Origin: Candidatus Bathyarchaeota archaeon
GTDB lineage: Archaea > Thermoproteota > Bathyarchaeia > Bathyarchaeales > Bathycorpusculaceae
Direction of reading: 5' to 3'
DNA: 64,000 nucleotides
NCBI GenBank assembly: GCA_963827165.1
Contig: CAWGZR010000012.1
Location: 32,001 to 96,000, forward strand
Below, piece after piece: positions 10,955 to 21,527 of the stretch. A program made the position numbers and the translations under genes. The notes beneath the pieces are model-generated. The model did no database searches and was not told where the DNA came from. It was given only the letters and a program-made list of their open reading frames with translations. How positions within the stretch are numbered: the stretch's first letter is position 1; each line of letters opens with the position of its first letter.

Positions 10955-11253
10955 TCTTCAGCCTGAATAATAATATAACGCCGCATTAGATAGGAAACCG
11001 GCGGTCAAACGTCACCGAGTGAAAGAAAGGTTTTTTGATGGCTTTTTCTTCGGAAACTGCTTGGCTTTCTGACTGTTGACGATATTAAATGCATGAGGAT
11101 TTACCTTGTTAAGGCTACTTCACTTGTTTGTGAAGCCTGCTTCGTTCAACAATTCCAAATTGACTTAACTTCTTGGCGAATTTCACCTGTCAAGAAGCCC
11201 TAAATTCGATACAATCTAAACAACCAGTGAGAAAGCGTTTGGAGGAGAAAGAA

Positions 11254-12601
11254 GTGGTCCTTGAACGAAACGAAAAAATAATCGCGTACCAAACTTACGT
11301 GGCCAAAGGTGGAAACACAAGTGCGCCAGCCAGTTACTGGAGCGATTACAAGTGGCAATTGAACAAGTTCCATAAGGTCAATCGAAGCTTTTGAACAGTT
11401 AACCGGCATAAATTTCACAGGAAAACGAACGCGAAAAACTTGAAGAAACAATAAGGAAATTTCCGCTCTGCGTAACCCCGTATTATGCTTCGTTGATAAA
11501 ACAGCAGAATTTCCACTGTGACCCAATATTTAAGCAGGCGTTTCCAGACCCGGCTGAGCTAACAATTTCAAATTGCGACATGAAAGATCCGCTGCATGAA
11601 GACAAAGACAGCCCAGCTAAAGGAATAACACATCGATATCCCGACCGAGTCCTCTTTCTAATCAGCAACAGCTGCGCCATGTACTGTAGGCACTGCACTC
11701 GGAAAAGGAAAGTAGGCGACCCCGAGCAGATGCCTTCAAAACAACAGATAATTCAGGGGATCCGCTATATAGAAGATCACCGGGAAATCCGCGATGTGCT
11801 GCTTTCAGGCGGAGACCCCCTTATGTTGCCTGACGAATATCTAGACTGGATTCTAACTGAGCTAAAAGCATTCCACACGTCGAAGTCGTCAGAATCGGCT
11901 CAAGAATCCCCGTAGTACTGCCCTACAGAATAACCGATGAATTAGTCTACATGCTCAAAAAGCATCATCCGCTTTGGCTCAATACCCAATTCAACCACCC
12001 ACGGGAACTCACCTTGTCCTCCAGAGAAGCCGTAAGAAAACTTGCTGACGCAGGAATCCCACTGGGAAACCAATCCGTGCTACTCGCCGGAGTAAACGAT
12101 TGCCCACAAATCATCAGAGACCTAAACCAAAAACTCGTCCAAAATAGGGTTCGACCCTACTATTTGTTCCAATGCGACCTCTCGGAAGGGCTTAGCCATT
12201 TTCGAACGCCAATTGGCAAGGGCATCGAAATCATGGAATGCCTCGTGGGACACACCAGCGGGTTCGCAGTACCCAGATATGTCGTGGACGCGCCGGGAGG
12301 AGGTGGAAAGATCCCTGTCATGCCAAACTACATCTTATCCCAATCAGCCAATAAAGTGATCCTGAGAAACTACGAAGGCGTCATCACAACTTACACGGAA
12401 CCAGACACGTACACACCTGCTGCATGCGACCAAAACTGCGGCAAATGTGGTATAGAGACAAGATCGTTAACACGCGAGAAGACGGTCGGCATTGGGAAAT
12501 TGCTGCAGGATTCAGGGGAAATATCGTTGATACCGAAGGGAAACGTGCGGATAAAAAGGAGGCTGAAGAAGCAACGTGTGGGAGGTGAATTGGGTGCTTA
12601 G
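11254..12601 (+). pseudogene. kamA: Lysine 2,3-aminomutase (KamA/AblA family), split by three frameshifts (~11370, ~11425, ~11870; errors or decay)
   Basis: [63 protein letters not shown]; GGAGGAG before GTG 11254. Confidence 0.88.
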
Positions 12602-13133
12602 GATAAAGAGTTATTTGAAGTTTAAAATAAGAAACATCTTATCCCAAGACATCAAGGAAGTTTACAAGCTGCTTGTTGCAAACAGGCCCTACGTTGGTTT
12701 AAACTCTCGTTATACCTACTTCCTGCTGGCTAAAGATTTCTCCGACACATGCGTCGTCGCCGAACAAGACAACAAAGTAGTCGGGTTCTCTTCCGGTTAC
12801 GTTCCGAAAGAAAGGCCCGATACTTTCTTTAACTGGGAAGTTGTAGTGCACGAAGATTATCGTGGACACGGCCTTCAAAAACAGATGCTTCTTTTCCAAA
12901 TCGAATCCGCAGGCGCAAAATACTTTGAAGGCACCGTTAATCCCTCGAATGTTGCGTCAAAGAGAAACTATTTTGAATTAGCCCAACTATTGAAAACAGG
13001 TTGCGAAGAAAACATTTTGCTCAGCGCAGAAGACTTCGAAGATGATGGACACGAACCCGAAATTCTGTACCGCGTGGGCCCAATCTCTAAAACCGAAATT
13101 CAAACCTTAGTCTACACCCAGTTGAACACATAA
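12576..13133 (+). CDS. EctA-like (diaminobutyrate acetyltransferase-type) GNAT acetyltransferase
   Basis: [52 protein letters not shown] match the EctA pattern; overlaps kamA end. Confidence 0.72.
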   Translation: MWEVNWVLRIKSYLKFKIRNILSQDIKEVYKLLVANRPYVGLNSRYTYFLLAKDFSDTCVVAEQDNKVVGFSSGYVPKERPDTFFNWEVVVHEDYRGHGLQKQMLLFQIESAGAKYFEGTVNPSNVASKRNYFELAQLLKTGCEENILLSAEDFEDDGHEPEILYRVGPISKTEIQTLVYTQLNT

Positions 13134-13253
13134 AACCAACCCAATCTCTGACTTTTTTTGGGTAGTGGGCAACTTTTTCCATCAACCTCCAGTGAGGCAA
13201 CATTTTTTTCAGAATAATTTAAAAACCCATTCTATGATAAAATAGATAGGTCT

Positions 13254-14387
13254 ATGTCAAGCAATCGAGGACTGGCTTTGGACATCAGTGTCTTTATCCC
13301 AGTTTACAAAGAGTCGAATCAGTTATCGGGAATGATAAAAGAACTTCTTTCCCAAAGCGAAAGCAAAGAAATCTTTGTCATCGTCGATGAGCCAACTCCA
13401 GAGTTTTCCGAAAAAATAAAAGAGTTCCAGGACGAACAAATAAAACTCTTCGTCAATGCGGAACGAAAGGGCAAAGCAAACGCTCTAAACGAGGCTGTTG
13501 GGTTAGCGTCGGGAAAAGTTCTTCTTTTCTTAGACTCTGACGTTCAAGTAACTAGTGACCCTGACTTCTTGAAGAAAATCATAATGGAGATGCAGATGAC
13601 TGATGTGCTTGACATTAAAAAGGAAGTTTCAAAAGGCAAATCCTTCCTTTCAAGAATGGCCTACTACGAGTACTTCACTTTCAACGTTAGCGCCTGGTTA
13701 TCCTCAAGATACATGAACAAATGCCCCTGCGTGAACGGCGCCGCCTTCGCAATCAAAAAAGAAACATTCGAGAAAGTTGGCGGTTTCCACAAAGTCGTTG
13801 CAGAAGACATTGATTTGGCAACACGAGTTTTCCTCCAAGACGGCAGCTTCGCCTACACTAAAGACGTAGAAGTCAAGAACGTCGTCTACAGCGATTGGAG
13901 CCGATGGTTCAAACAGCGACGAAGATGGGCAATCGGACAAGGCCTATGGACTGTGGATTGGTACCAAGATTTAATAAAGAAATTCGTCAAAAAACCCCAG
14001 GTTTTCCTGCCGAGCCTATTCTTCCTGTACCCAACCATAGCAATTTTCTTAGTCAGCGCACTGATGCCAAGCTTCTGGATGTACAATTCCTTGCTGGTTT
14101 TCTCTCTGTTTTTATCCGTGAAATTTAACCTTATGCTACCGGTTTTCCTAGTTTCCCTTGCCACTGCGAGCCTTCTGAAAATTTTAGCTATCATGCTGTT
14201 AGGTTTCGCTTTAACAGCGGTTACCTTCTATGGTTTATCAAGAAAAATCGGGTTTCGAGAAATGAAGCTGCATGAATTGTTTGTTTACTACTTTTTCTAT
14301 TCTAACCTCTATATAGCGATACAGATTATCGGCTTCTTTCAAGTGATTGTCTTGCGGAAAAAGTCTGGACCCGGCTGGAAAGTTTAA
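13254..14387 (+). CDS. GT2 glycosyltransferase with C-terminal TM helices
   Basis: GKANALN, FLDSD, AEDID, QRRRW. Confidence 0.88.
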   Translation: MSSNRGLALDISVFIPVYKESNQLSGMIKELLSQSESKEIFVIVDEPTPEFSEKIKEFQDEQIKLFVNAERKGKANALNEAVGLASGKVLLFLDSDVQVTSDPDFLKKIIMEMQMTDVLDIKKEVSKGKSFLSRMAYYEYFTFNVSAWLSSRYMNKCPCVNGAAFAIKKETFEKVGGFHKVVAEDIDLATRVFLQDGSFAYTKDVEVKNVVYSDWSRWFKQRRRWAIGQGLWTVDWYQDLIKKFVKKPQVFLPSLFFLYPTIAIFLVSALMPSFWMYNSLLVFSLFLSVKFNLMLPVFLVSLATASLLKILAIMLLGFALTAVTFYGLSRKIGFREMKLHELFVYYFFYSNLYIAIQIIGFFQVIVLRKKSGPGWKV

Positions 14388-14413
14388 CATTAGCCGAACA
14401 ATCTTAGCCCGTA

Positions 14414-15316
14414 TTAAGAGTCTAAAAGTTTCCTCAACTTCTCAAAGTTCTCAAACATGACGCAGTGTCCCGCCCCTTTAAAAATCTCCAGTTGCGACCC
14501 AATGATTCTTTTTGCAATCAAATGCGCATTTTCGACTCGGCAAGTTTTGTCCTCAGAACCCTGCCAAACCGACAATTTGCCAGCTGGAATCCTCGAAAAC
14601 GAAACTGACCACGGCTTCATGAAAGCCTGATGTTCCAAAAGCACGGCTTTGACCCCATCGCTTTGGCGGAAAGCTTCGGCCATGGATTGATACATTAGCG
14701 TCATCCAGGCTGGGTCTGAAAAAAACTTCAAGTCGCTTCTGGAGCACGCGTGAAGCATTTCTTTTCCCTGCCTTGACTTCAAAAACGCGGAGATATCTCC
14801 GTTGGCTTTAAGCACTTGGTTGCTCATCCTTTTCATCGCAAAAAGTCCTAGAAACGGGATTTTCATTATGTAACGTGCAAAAGGCATATTGTGTGCGGTC
14901 GAAACATCGAACGGCAAAGACGGCGTACCCGCAGCTACCGCTTTAGTTACCCGCTCGGGGTGGCACGCTAAGTATGCAAGTGCAAAAACACCTCCGCCAG
15001 ACCAGCCTAAAACTCCAAACTGCTTTATCCCCAAATGCGAAACTAAAAAGTTAACGTCAGGATTGAAGTCCTGGAGGTTTGCTCTTGGATAAAATGTTGA
15101 TAAGCCGTAGCCTGGTCTGTCAACGCTGATTATTTGCAGCCCGGCGGAGTTTGCCAGTTCTCTTAGGAGCAGAACTTCTAGGCGGCTGCTGGCCGTTCCG
15201 TGGAAGTAAATAAGTGGTTTGCCTTTTCCCGTTGTGCAGTAGCCAAGTTGGCGCCCGTCGGGCAAAACGATAACTTGTTGTTCCAATTCAAAGCCACCAC
15301 TATTTTCTGCTGTCAT
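14414..15316 (-). CDS. Alpha/beta hydrolase
   Basis: FHG, DRPGYG, GWSGG nucleophile elbow, GAGH; ATG at 15316 overlaps permease stop. Confidence 0.88.
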   Translation of the reverse strand: MTAENSGGFELEQQVIVLPDGRQLGYCTTGKGKPLIYFHGTASSRLEVLLLRELANSAGLQIISVDRPGYGLSTFYPRANLQDFNPDVNFLVSHLGIKQFGVLGWSGGGVFALAYLACHPERVTKAVAAGTPSLPFDVSTAHNMPFARYIMKIPFLGLFAMKRMSNQVLKANGDISAFLKSRQGKEMLHACSRSDLKFFSDPAWMTLMYQSMAEAFRQSDGVKAVLLEHQAFMKPWSVSFSRIPAGKLSVWQGSEDKTCRVENAHLIAKRIIGSQLEIFKGAGHCVMFENFEKLRKLLDS

Positions 15317-16062
15317 GCGTTTGCCTTCTTGAGCACCATGTACGAACCAAAAAAGAATGCTAGGCCGAAGCCCGTAAGAGCTGCGAGTGAAAACCAAGGA
15401 AACGCCTGGTTTAAAGCTGCAGCACGCAGGCACTGGCTTGAATGGGTTAACGGCAGGAAGTAAAGTGCGATTTGGACTCCCTGGGGAACCTGTGACAAGG
15501 AAAAGAAAGTGCCGCACAGAAACGTCATTGGTAGATTTACCAAGTTATTGAACGTACTCATGTGCACATGGTTGTCAAACATTGAGGCAACCATCACTCC
15601 GAAAAGAGAGAAAACGAAGCAGGACAAAAGAAGAGTAAAAACAAAAAGCGGGTTAACCACTAAACTCGGCGAAAGAACAACTCCCAGAATCAATATAGCC
15701 ACAGAGCTGATTAAGCCTCGAACAATGCCTATGAGCGCTTTGCCCACGACTATGGAGTACAAGTTGATGGGCGAAATCAAGAATTCGTCAAAGCTGTGGT
15801 AAAAGAGGCGGTCGATTTGAAGTTTTGAAGCTGCTCCGTTGAAGCTTGATGAAAAAGCCGTAAGCGAAACAATGCCTGGGATGACGAATGCAAGATAGCT
15901 GACGCCGTCTATCGTGACGCCTCTGCCTAAACCGTAGCCGAAAGCCAGCAGGTAAAGGACGGGTTGGATGAGGCTTGTGGCCACCGTTGAGCGCCAGTGA
16001 TGGCCCAGGTTCTTTAGGTCAACCCAGAGAATAGAATAAATATCTTTCAGCGGCTCAAACAT
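15313..16062 (-). CDS. ABC-2 type permease
   Basis: YLAFVIPGI, FLCGTFF, LPLTH; ATG at 16062. Confidence 0.86.
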   Translation of the reverse strand: MFEPLKDIYSILWVDLKNLGHHWRSTVATSLIQPVLYLLAFGYGLGRGVTIDGVSYLAFVIPGIVSLTAFSSSFNGAASKLQIDRLFYHSFDEFLISPINLYSIVVGKALIGIVRGLISSVAILILGVVLSPSLVVNPLFVFTLLLSCFVFSLFGVMVASMFDNHVHMSTFNNLVNLPMTFLCGTFFSLSQVPQGVQIALYFLPLTHSSQCLRAAALNQAFPWFSLAALTGFGLAFFFGSYMVLKKANA

Positions 16063-16921
16063 CTGTGTTGTCAACCCTCTCGCCTGTTTGTTCCAGAAAC
16101 ACATCTTCTAAGTTAGAGTCACGAATGATAGTTCTAACGTTGGCTGGCAACTTCTCAACGTACCTTGTTGCCTCAGTATGGTCACTGAAAAACTGGTAAC
16201 GCGTCTCCCTATTGTCAATCAATAGCTCGACGGCGATGGGCCCCAACTTCCTACGTAACTCGACCGGTGTGCCTAAAGCAATTAGTTTGCCATGATGCAT
16301 GATGCCGACGCGTCCGCAAAGGGCTTCAGCTTCCTCAATGTAATGGGTAGTTAGGAAGATCGTGGTGCCCTCCGCGTTGAGACGGCGAACCAGATCCCAC
16401 AGACGACGCCGAGCCTGAGCATCCAACCCTTCGGTCGGTTCATCAAGAAATAGCACTTTGGGTTCATGAAGCAAGCTGCATACTATCGCTGCTCTTTTTT
16501 TCATTCCGCCTGAAAGAGTATCTACCATCTTGTCGGCGTACTCTTGAAGTTCAACGTATTCAAGCAATTCAGCAATTCGTTTCTTGCGTTCTGAAGCACC
16601 CAAGCGATGGAGGCGAGCATGAAATTCCATGTTTTCACGCACTGTCAAATCCCGATCTAAAGTCAGATGCTGCTGAACAACACCTATCATCCGCTTTACC
16701 TTCGCCGTTTCTTTTACAACGTCGTAACCTCCGATTGATGCGTAACCAGAAGTGGGCTTGGTCAAAGTAGTCAAAACACGGATAGTTGTCGTTTTCCCTG
16801 CTCCGTTGGGTCCTAAAAAACCGAAAATTTCTTTGTAATGCACCTGCAAATTGAGGTCTTTCACGGCTTGCAGAGTCCCATAGTTCTTGTTCAGTTTCTC
16901 TGTCGTTATTGAATTTTCTAT
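16055..16921 (-). CDS. ABC ATPase (DrrA/NodI-like); start uncertain
   Basis: GPNGAGKTT, LSGGM, LDEPT, TTHY; frame stays open and homologous upstream of GTG 16864 to ~16921. Confidence 0.88.
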   Translation of the reverse strand: MENSITTEKLNKNYGTLQAVKDLNLQVHYKEIFGFLGPNGAGKTTTIRVLTTLTKPTSGYASIGGYDVVKETAKVKRMIGVVQQHLTLDRDLTVRENMEFHARLHRLGASERKKRIAELLEYVELQEYADKMVDTLSGGMKKRAAIVCSLLHEPKVLFLDEPTEGLDAQARRRLWDLVRRLNAEGTTIFLTTHYIEEAEALCGRVGIMHHGKLIALGTPVELRRKLGPIAVELLIDNRETRYQFFSDHTEATRYVEKLPANVRTIIRDSNLEDVFLEQTGERVDNTDV

Positions 16922-16965
16922 CGCAAGCCCCCCATTTTGCCTGTTTCGTTTCTTGGGTATTCTCG

Positions 16966-17700
16966 TTAGTCTTTTTTCATTGCTGCAGTTTTGAGTTCTT
17001 TAGGCATTAACTCGATGGCATATCTCAAAGCGGTTCGAGGCATAACCGACTTGTTCTTTAATACATAGTCGAAGACCTCTTTCTGGTGCTTCCTGCTTTC
17101 CTCTTTAAGCAGCCACCCGTACCCCTTTTGCACCATTTCATCCTCGTCAACCAGTAGCATGTCGCAGATTTCTAGCGCATCTTCTATGAAACAGCCTTTT
17201 TTGGCTGGAACAATGAGTGAAACAGCCGAAGCCCGCCTAAGCCAGCGGTTCTTATTTTTAGTCCAAGTTTTTATTTCGCTTAGAATCTGAGGGTACTTCT
17301 GGATTAGATCGCCGATTGTGTGGTTGCAGAAGCCGTCACATTTAGCCCAATTGTTGATGTAATGTTCGATCCATCCTTTGAAAGTGGTCAAGTCGCTAGG
17401 TTCAAGATCTTCTATGTAGTTTGGCAGCCAAAACGCCACCACGAAAGCTTCTTCAGTGTAATCCGAACGGTAAAGCTCTTCACACAACCAAAAAACTGAT
17501 TGTTTATCCAGCGTTTTCACTTGTTTCCAATAAGCTTTAGCTATTTTCCCAACAGTGGGGGTTTTAATTCCGTAGTACTTTACATGTTCCTTGAAGAAAC
17601 GCTGAAAGGTTTTCTGAGTCTGTGGGTCAGCGTTGGCTTTCAAGTCCGACCTTAGCTGAGCAAGGATAGTGTCCATGACTGTTAAAACGTTTCTTGGCAA
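16966..17700 (-). CDS. DNA alkylation repair protein (AlkD-like)
   Basis: YYGIKTP, NNWAKCD, WLRRAS, VQKGYGWLLKE, RTALRYAIE. Confidence 0.86.
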   Translation of the reverse strand: MPRNVLTVMDTILAQLRSDLKANADPQTQKTFQRFFKEHVKYYGIKTPTVGKIAKAYWKQVKTLDKQSVFWLCEELYRSDYTEEAFVVAFWLPNYIEDLEPSDLTTFKGWIEHYINNWAKCDGFCNHTIGDLIQKYPQILSEIKTWTKNKNRWLRRASAVSLIVPAKKGCFIEDALEICDMLLVDEDEMVQKGYGWLLKEESRKHQKEVFDYVLKNKSVMPRTALRYAIELMPKELKTAAMKKD

Positions 17701-17764
17701 TAATAGCTTTTCCCAGTGAACTAATCTAAAATATTCGATAACAAGAGAAGCAAAATTGGAGGAG

Positions 17765-18058
17765 TTAATAATCTTCCATTTGATAGAGGTCTAAATCGAT
17801 GTTGAGGGTTTTCTCTGTTTCGTGCGTCTCTTCTAGGTCGTAGAGGTAATGGGTGGCTTTTTCGAGTCTGCTGGTTCTTTTCGGGGGTATCTTAGACTTT
17901 GCCATCCCAACTTTCATTTTGTTTTTTGGCTTTTGAACTATGCCTGAGCCGCGTATAACCCTGGAGTTGTCGATCATTTTTGGAACAACCTCGATTTTAA
18001 CATCTTCAATTGATAGCGGGTTCTTGCATGCTTCGTCGTGCAAGGGGTGTTTAGTCAA
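17765..18058 (-). CDS. Hypothetical protein ending in an FtsZ-tail-like peptide
   Basis: TTG at 18058 overlaps the RHH gene stop; ends LYDLEETHETEKTLNIDLDLYQMEDY. Confidence 0.5.
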   Translation of the reverse strand: MTKHPLHDEACKNPLSIEDVKIEVVPKMIDNSRVIRGSGIVQKPKNKMKVGMAKSKIPPKRTSRLEKATHYLYDLEETHETEKTLNIDLDLYQMEDY

Positions 18059-18206
18059 CGCCTTTTCGCCTCCAAACCTCGGCACTGATTAAGTCGCGAA
18101 TGGCAACCCTGATGGCTTCGGCACGGTTAGGATAGAACCGTTCTCCGACCAACTGGTCCAAAGCTTTTATATAGGTTTCAGGCAGATACAGAGTGATTAG
18201 TTTCAT
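18051..18206 (-). CDS. Ribbon-helix-helix regulator, CdrS-like (51 aa, not in ORF track)
   Basis: Hand translation MKLITLYLPETYIKALDQLVGERFYPNRAEAIRVAIRDLISAEVWRRKGVD. Confidence 0.8.
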   Translation of the reverse strand: MKLITLYLPETYIKALDQLVGERFYPNRAEAIRVAIRDLISAEVWRRKGVD

Positions 18207-18419
18207 TAGTTTATCTCTCCCAATTTGTGATTAAACAACAGACAGCGGCTTGTAACCTATACATCTATATAATATGCCTTAAATATGCTTATAACATGTT
18301 GGTGCCATAGCATATAAGCGCAAAATTAGCCATGTTGCAGCTTTCTGTCAATTTCTACTCAGGAACCTTTAAGTTTTTATCCTTTATTGAAATATCTAAC
18401 ATGCTGGTGTACATGGTTA

Positions 18420-19715
18420 TTGCAGGTTTTCCTTAGAAGTTTCGGCTGCTCAGCAAACATGGCTGACGGAGAAGTCTTAGCAGGCTGTCTAAAACAAGCC
18501 GACTTCCAACTTGCTACTTCAGAAGTCGAAGCCGACGTAATAATATTCAACAGTTGCGCGGTAAAAGGACCGACGGAAAACCGCATCATAGACGCCATTA
18601 AGCATGCGCCAAAAGGAAAAAAAATAATCATTGCAGGTTGCCTCCCTATGATAAGTTTTGAAAGGCTACTTCGTGAAGTGCACTTTGACGGTGCAGTCGG
18701 TCCCTCAGTTGGCGCCGCAATTGTCGATGTTGTTAATCGCGTTGCTGCTGGTGAGAGAGTGTTTGATTTAGGTGGGTTGGAGGGTAAGCCCAGACTGGAT
18801 CTTCCTAAAATCAGGTCCAACCCCATTGTAAGTGTGGTCCCGATAAATTATGGTTGTTTAGGTTCCTGTGCTTACTGCTGCGTTGTCCATGCAAGGGGGC
18901 ATCTGAGAAGCTACAGTGTCAAAGAAGTTGTTGACCGAGTAAGATGCGACGTTGCAGATGGCGCAACGGAGTTTTGGGTTACTTCGCAGGACACTGCGTG
19001 TTATGGAAGAGATTTTCACAGCAACCTTGCGGAGCTGATTAAGGCGCTCGATGGGTTGGATGGCGATTTTCATCTGCGGGTTGGCATGATGACCCCCAAC
19101 ATGGTGACTGATATGCAAGAGCAGTTAATAGAGGCTTACAAAAGCAAAAAGGTCTTCAAGTTTCTGCATTTACCCGTGCAAAGCGGCGACGACGAAACAT
19201 TGAAGCGAATGCGTAGGTTTTACACGGCAGCAGAATTCAAGACAATTGCCAGTTCTTTTAGGGTCCAGTTTCCCAATCTGACACTTGCGACCGACATAAT
19301 CGTGGGCTTCCCAGGCGAAACTGAGGCGGCTTTTGAGAACACTCTTAAGCTCTTAGAGGCAGTTAAGCCTGATGTTACCAATGTGTCTAAGTTTTTTGCC
19401 AGACCCAAAACCGCAGCGGCGCAAATCAAACATGGCTTGGTTGAACGAGAAGAGATTAAGCGAAGAAGCACCATTGCTGCCGATCTATCGAAGCGGATTT
19501 CTTTGGCGCGAAATGAACGTTGGGTGGGTTGGGCTGGGGATGTGCTGGTTGATGAGAAGGGAAAAGTTGAAGGCTCATTTGTGGGTCGTAACTTTGCTTA
19601 TAAACCAATTGTCATCAAAAGCACAGAAGGTTTGCTCGGCAAGACGGTCAAGGTTAAGGTTGTTGAGGCTTCGACAACTTATTTGAAAGGGGAATTAGCC
19701 GCATCCTGTGGTTGA
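18420..19715 (+). CDS. tRNA methylthiotransferase (MiaB-like, archaeal MtaB/CDKAL1 type)
   Basis: FGCSAN, NSCAVK, GCLGSCAYC radical SAM motif, HLPVQSG, DIIVGFPGET, TRAM C-terminus. Confidence 0.9.
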   Translation: MQVFLRSFGCSANMADGEVLAGCLKQADFQLATSEVEADVIIFNSCAVKGPTENRIIDAIKHAPKGKKIIIAGCLPMISFERLLREVHFDGAVGPSVGAAIVDVVNRVAAGERVFDLGGLEGKPRLDLPKIRSNPIVSVVPINYGCLGSCAYCCVVHARGHLRSYSVKEVVDRVRCDVADGATEFWVTSQDTACYGRDFHSNLAELIKALDGLDGDFHLRVGMMTPNMVTDMQEQLIEAYKSKKVFKFLHLPVQSGDDETLKRMRRFYTAAEFKTIASSFRVQFPNLTLATDIIVGFPGETEAAFENTLKLLEAVKPDVTNVSKFFARPKTAAAQIKHGLVEREEIKRRSTIAADLSKRISLARNERWVGWAGDVLVDEKGKVEGSFVGRNFAYKPIVIKSTEGLLGKTVKVKVVEASTTYLKGELAASCG

Positions 19716-20506
19716 GAGCTAGGAATTTTCCTTTCGAAAGTCCACCTATCCGTCGCATATTTTTCTTTGCATAAGTGATTGGCAAGCTCCAATTCGTAAG
19801 CTGTGAGCTTGGCTGGCTCAAGCTGAATGTTCAAAATCGAGGCAAACCCATTAGCCAACGCATCAGCGACTGATTCTGGTGCAACGGCGTGACCTAACTC
19901 GTTTTCTACGCTTGTGATTTTGCTTTTGGCAATATCCGCGGCTTGTGAGCAACTGAAGTTTTTAAATTTCAGGATCATGAACATTCTTGGCAAATCAACG
20001 CTTTGTAACACAGTGCCATGCTGAAGTACGATTCCTCGAGTGATGGCTTGGCTACTGCCCGAGATTTTCTTGCCGCCCACCGTCATATTGGGACAGTTTT
20101 TCGCGTCCCCGGTGCTAAAATCCGCTGCTACGCCTAGGAGTCCGAGCGCGGCTTGAATTGCTTTGTAGATTTTGTCGTAAACGGTCGTGACGTCTGAAGT
20201 TCCCAGGTCGCTTGTTCTGGCAGTTACGCTGTAAGTAACTTCACCCGCGTAGTCATGGTAAACTGTTCCGCCGCCGCTAATGCGCCTGACAACACCAACT
20301 TCCAATTGCTTACAATTATCAAGGTAAACTTCATCTTCGGGGTTCTGGTTCTTTCCGACGCTGACCGCGGAAGGTTGCCAACGGTAAAAACGCAAAGTGT
20401 TCGGCACTTTATCAGCAATCCGAGCGGTTAAGACCGCTTCGTCGATTGCCATGTTCATGAATGCGTTATTGGTTTGGAGAGGTAATAAGCGCCAAGCATC
20501 CATCAT
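19679..20506 (-). CDS. lplA: Lipoate-protein ligase A family
   Basis: NMAIDEA, RRISGGGTVYHD, KKISGSSQ, LQHGT. Confidence 0.9.
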   Translation of the reverse strand: MMDAWRLLPLQTNNAFMNMAIDEAVLTARIADKVPNTLRFYRWQPSAVSVGKNQNPEDEVYLDNCKQLEVGVVRRISGGGTVYHDYAGEVTYSVTARTSDLGTSDVTTVYDKIYKAIQAALGLLGVAADFSTGDAKNCPNMTVGGKKISGSSQAITRGIVLQHGTVLQSVDLPRMFMILKFKNFSCSQAADIAKSKITSVENELGHAVAPESVADALANGFASILNIQLEPAKLTAYELELANHLCKEKYATDRWTFERKIPSSQPQDAANSPFK

Positions 20507-20645
20507 AATTCAACTCTCCAGATGAAAACTGTCGTTGGCTTAAAACTATTACGAAATAAGCGAAAGGAAAGCAAGCTAACACGTAGGCAGGTAGATAAAG
20601 CCTTAAAACCTGAACTGCATTTCTTAAGGAAAAGAGGCAAAAAAT

Positions 20646-21527
20646 ATGAAGGTTATCTGTGGTCCAGCATCAAAGGCGCTTGCTGAAGCTTTTTCAGCCG
20701 AAACGGGTTTTGGCTGCGTTCCTGTCGCTTTCAAGGTTTTTCCTGACGGTGAATCCTATGTCCGGTTGGAAGGCAGTGTACAGGGTGAAAACGTCGCGAT
20801 TGTTCAGACTACGTCTCCGCCGATGCAGGATGGGAAGCTTTTCCAGTTAGCGTTCATGGCGGACGCGGCAAAACGTGGAGGCGCAAAAAAAGTAACGGCA
20901 GTCGTTCCCTACTTAGCTTATGCTCGTCAGGACAAAACATTTCTCTTAGGCGAAGGCATAAGCATTGAAACCATCGCAAGAATGCTCAGAGCCGCGGGAA
21001 TTGACGAGTTAGTTACCGTTAACATCCATTCCGAACCGGCGCTCGCAAAGTTTCCGTTTCCAGCCAAAACCCTAAGCGCGGTACCGTTGCTTTCAGACTA
21101 TTTCGTGCAGAAGGGCCACAAGGGAGCGTTTGCCCTCTCTCCTGACAAAGGGGCCATGTACATTGCAGAGCAGGCGCAAAAGGTTTTAGGCGGCGGCGTG
21201 GGGCATTTGGATAAACGGCGTGACCGCTATACCGGACAAACAGTGCAGACTGCGGAGTGCTTAAACGTGAAAGGTGAAACAGTAATAATTTTCGATGACA
21301 TTATTAGCACAGGCGGTACCATCGTAGGCGCAGCAAAGATCCTTCGAGAACAAGGCGCTGAACACATTTTCTGCGGTTGCGTACACGGCTTATTAATAGG
21401 CGACGCTGAGAACCGAATTCTTGATGCAGGCGTCGAGGAAATCGTAGGTACCGACAGTGTACCCGGAAGCGTCAGCAAGGTTTCATTGGCGCCGCTTCTA
21501 AGCCAAGAACTTAAGGCGCAAAACTAG
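20646..21527 (+). CDS. prs: Ribose-phosphate pyrophosphokinase
   Basis: FPDGE, PYLAYARQD, SPDKGA, DDIISTGGT. Confidence 0.95.
   Translation: MKVICGPASKALAEAFSAETGFGCVPVAFKVFPDGESYVRLEGSVQGENVAIVQTTSPPMQDGKLFQLAFMADAAKRGGAKKVTAVVPYLAYARQDKTFLLGEGISIETIARMLRAAGIDELVTVNIHSEPALAKFPFPAKTLSAVPLLSDYFVQKGHKGAFALSPDKGAMYIAEQAQKVLGGGVGHLDKRRDRYTGQTVQTAECLNVKGETVIIFDDIISTGGTIVGAAKILREQGAEHIFCGCVHGLLIGDAENRILDAGVEEIVGTDSVPGSVSKVSLAPLLSQELKAQN

Noticed and set aside
12576-13133. Ectoine biosynthesis cluster
   Set aside because: No ectB, ectC or aspartokinase nearby
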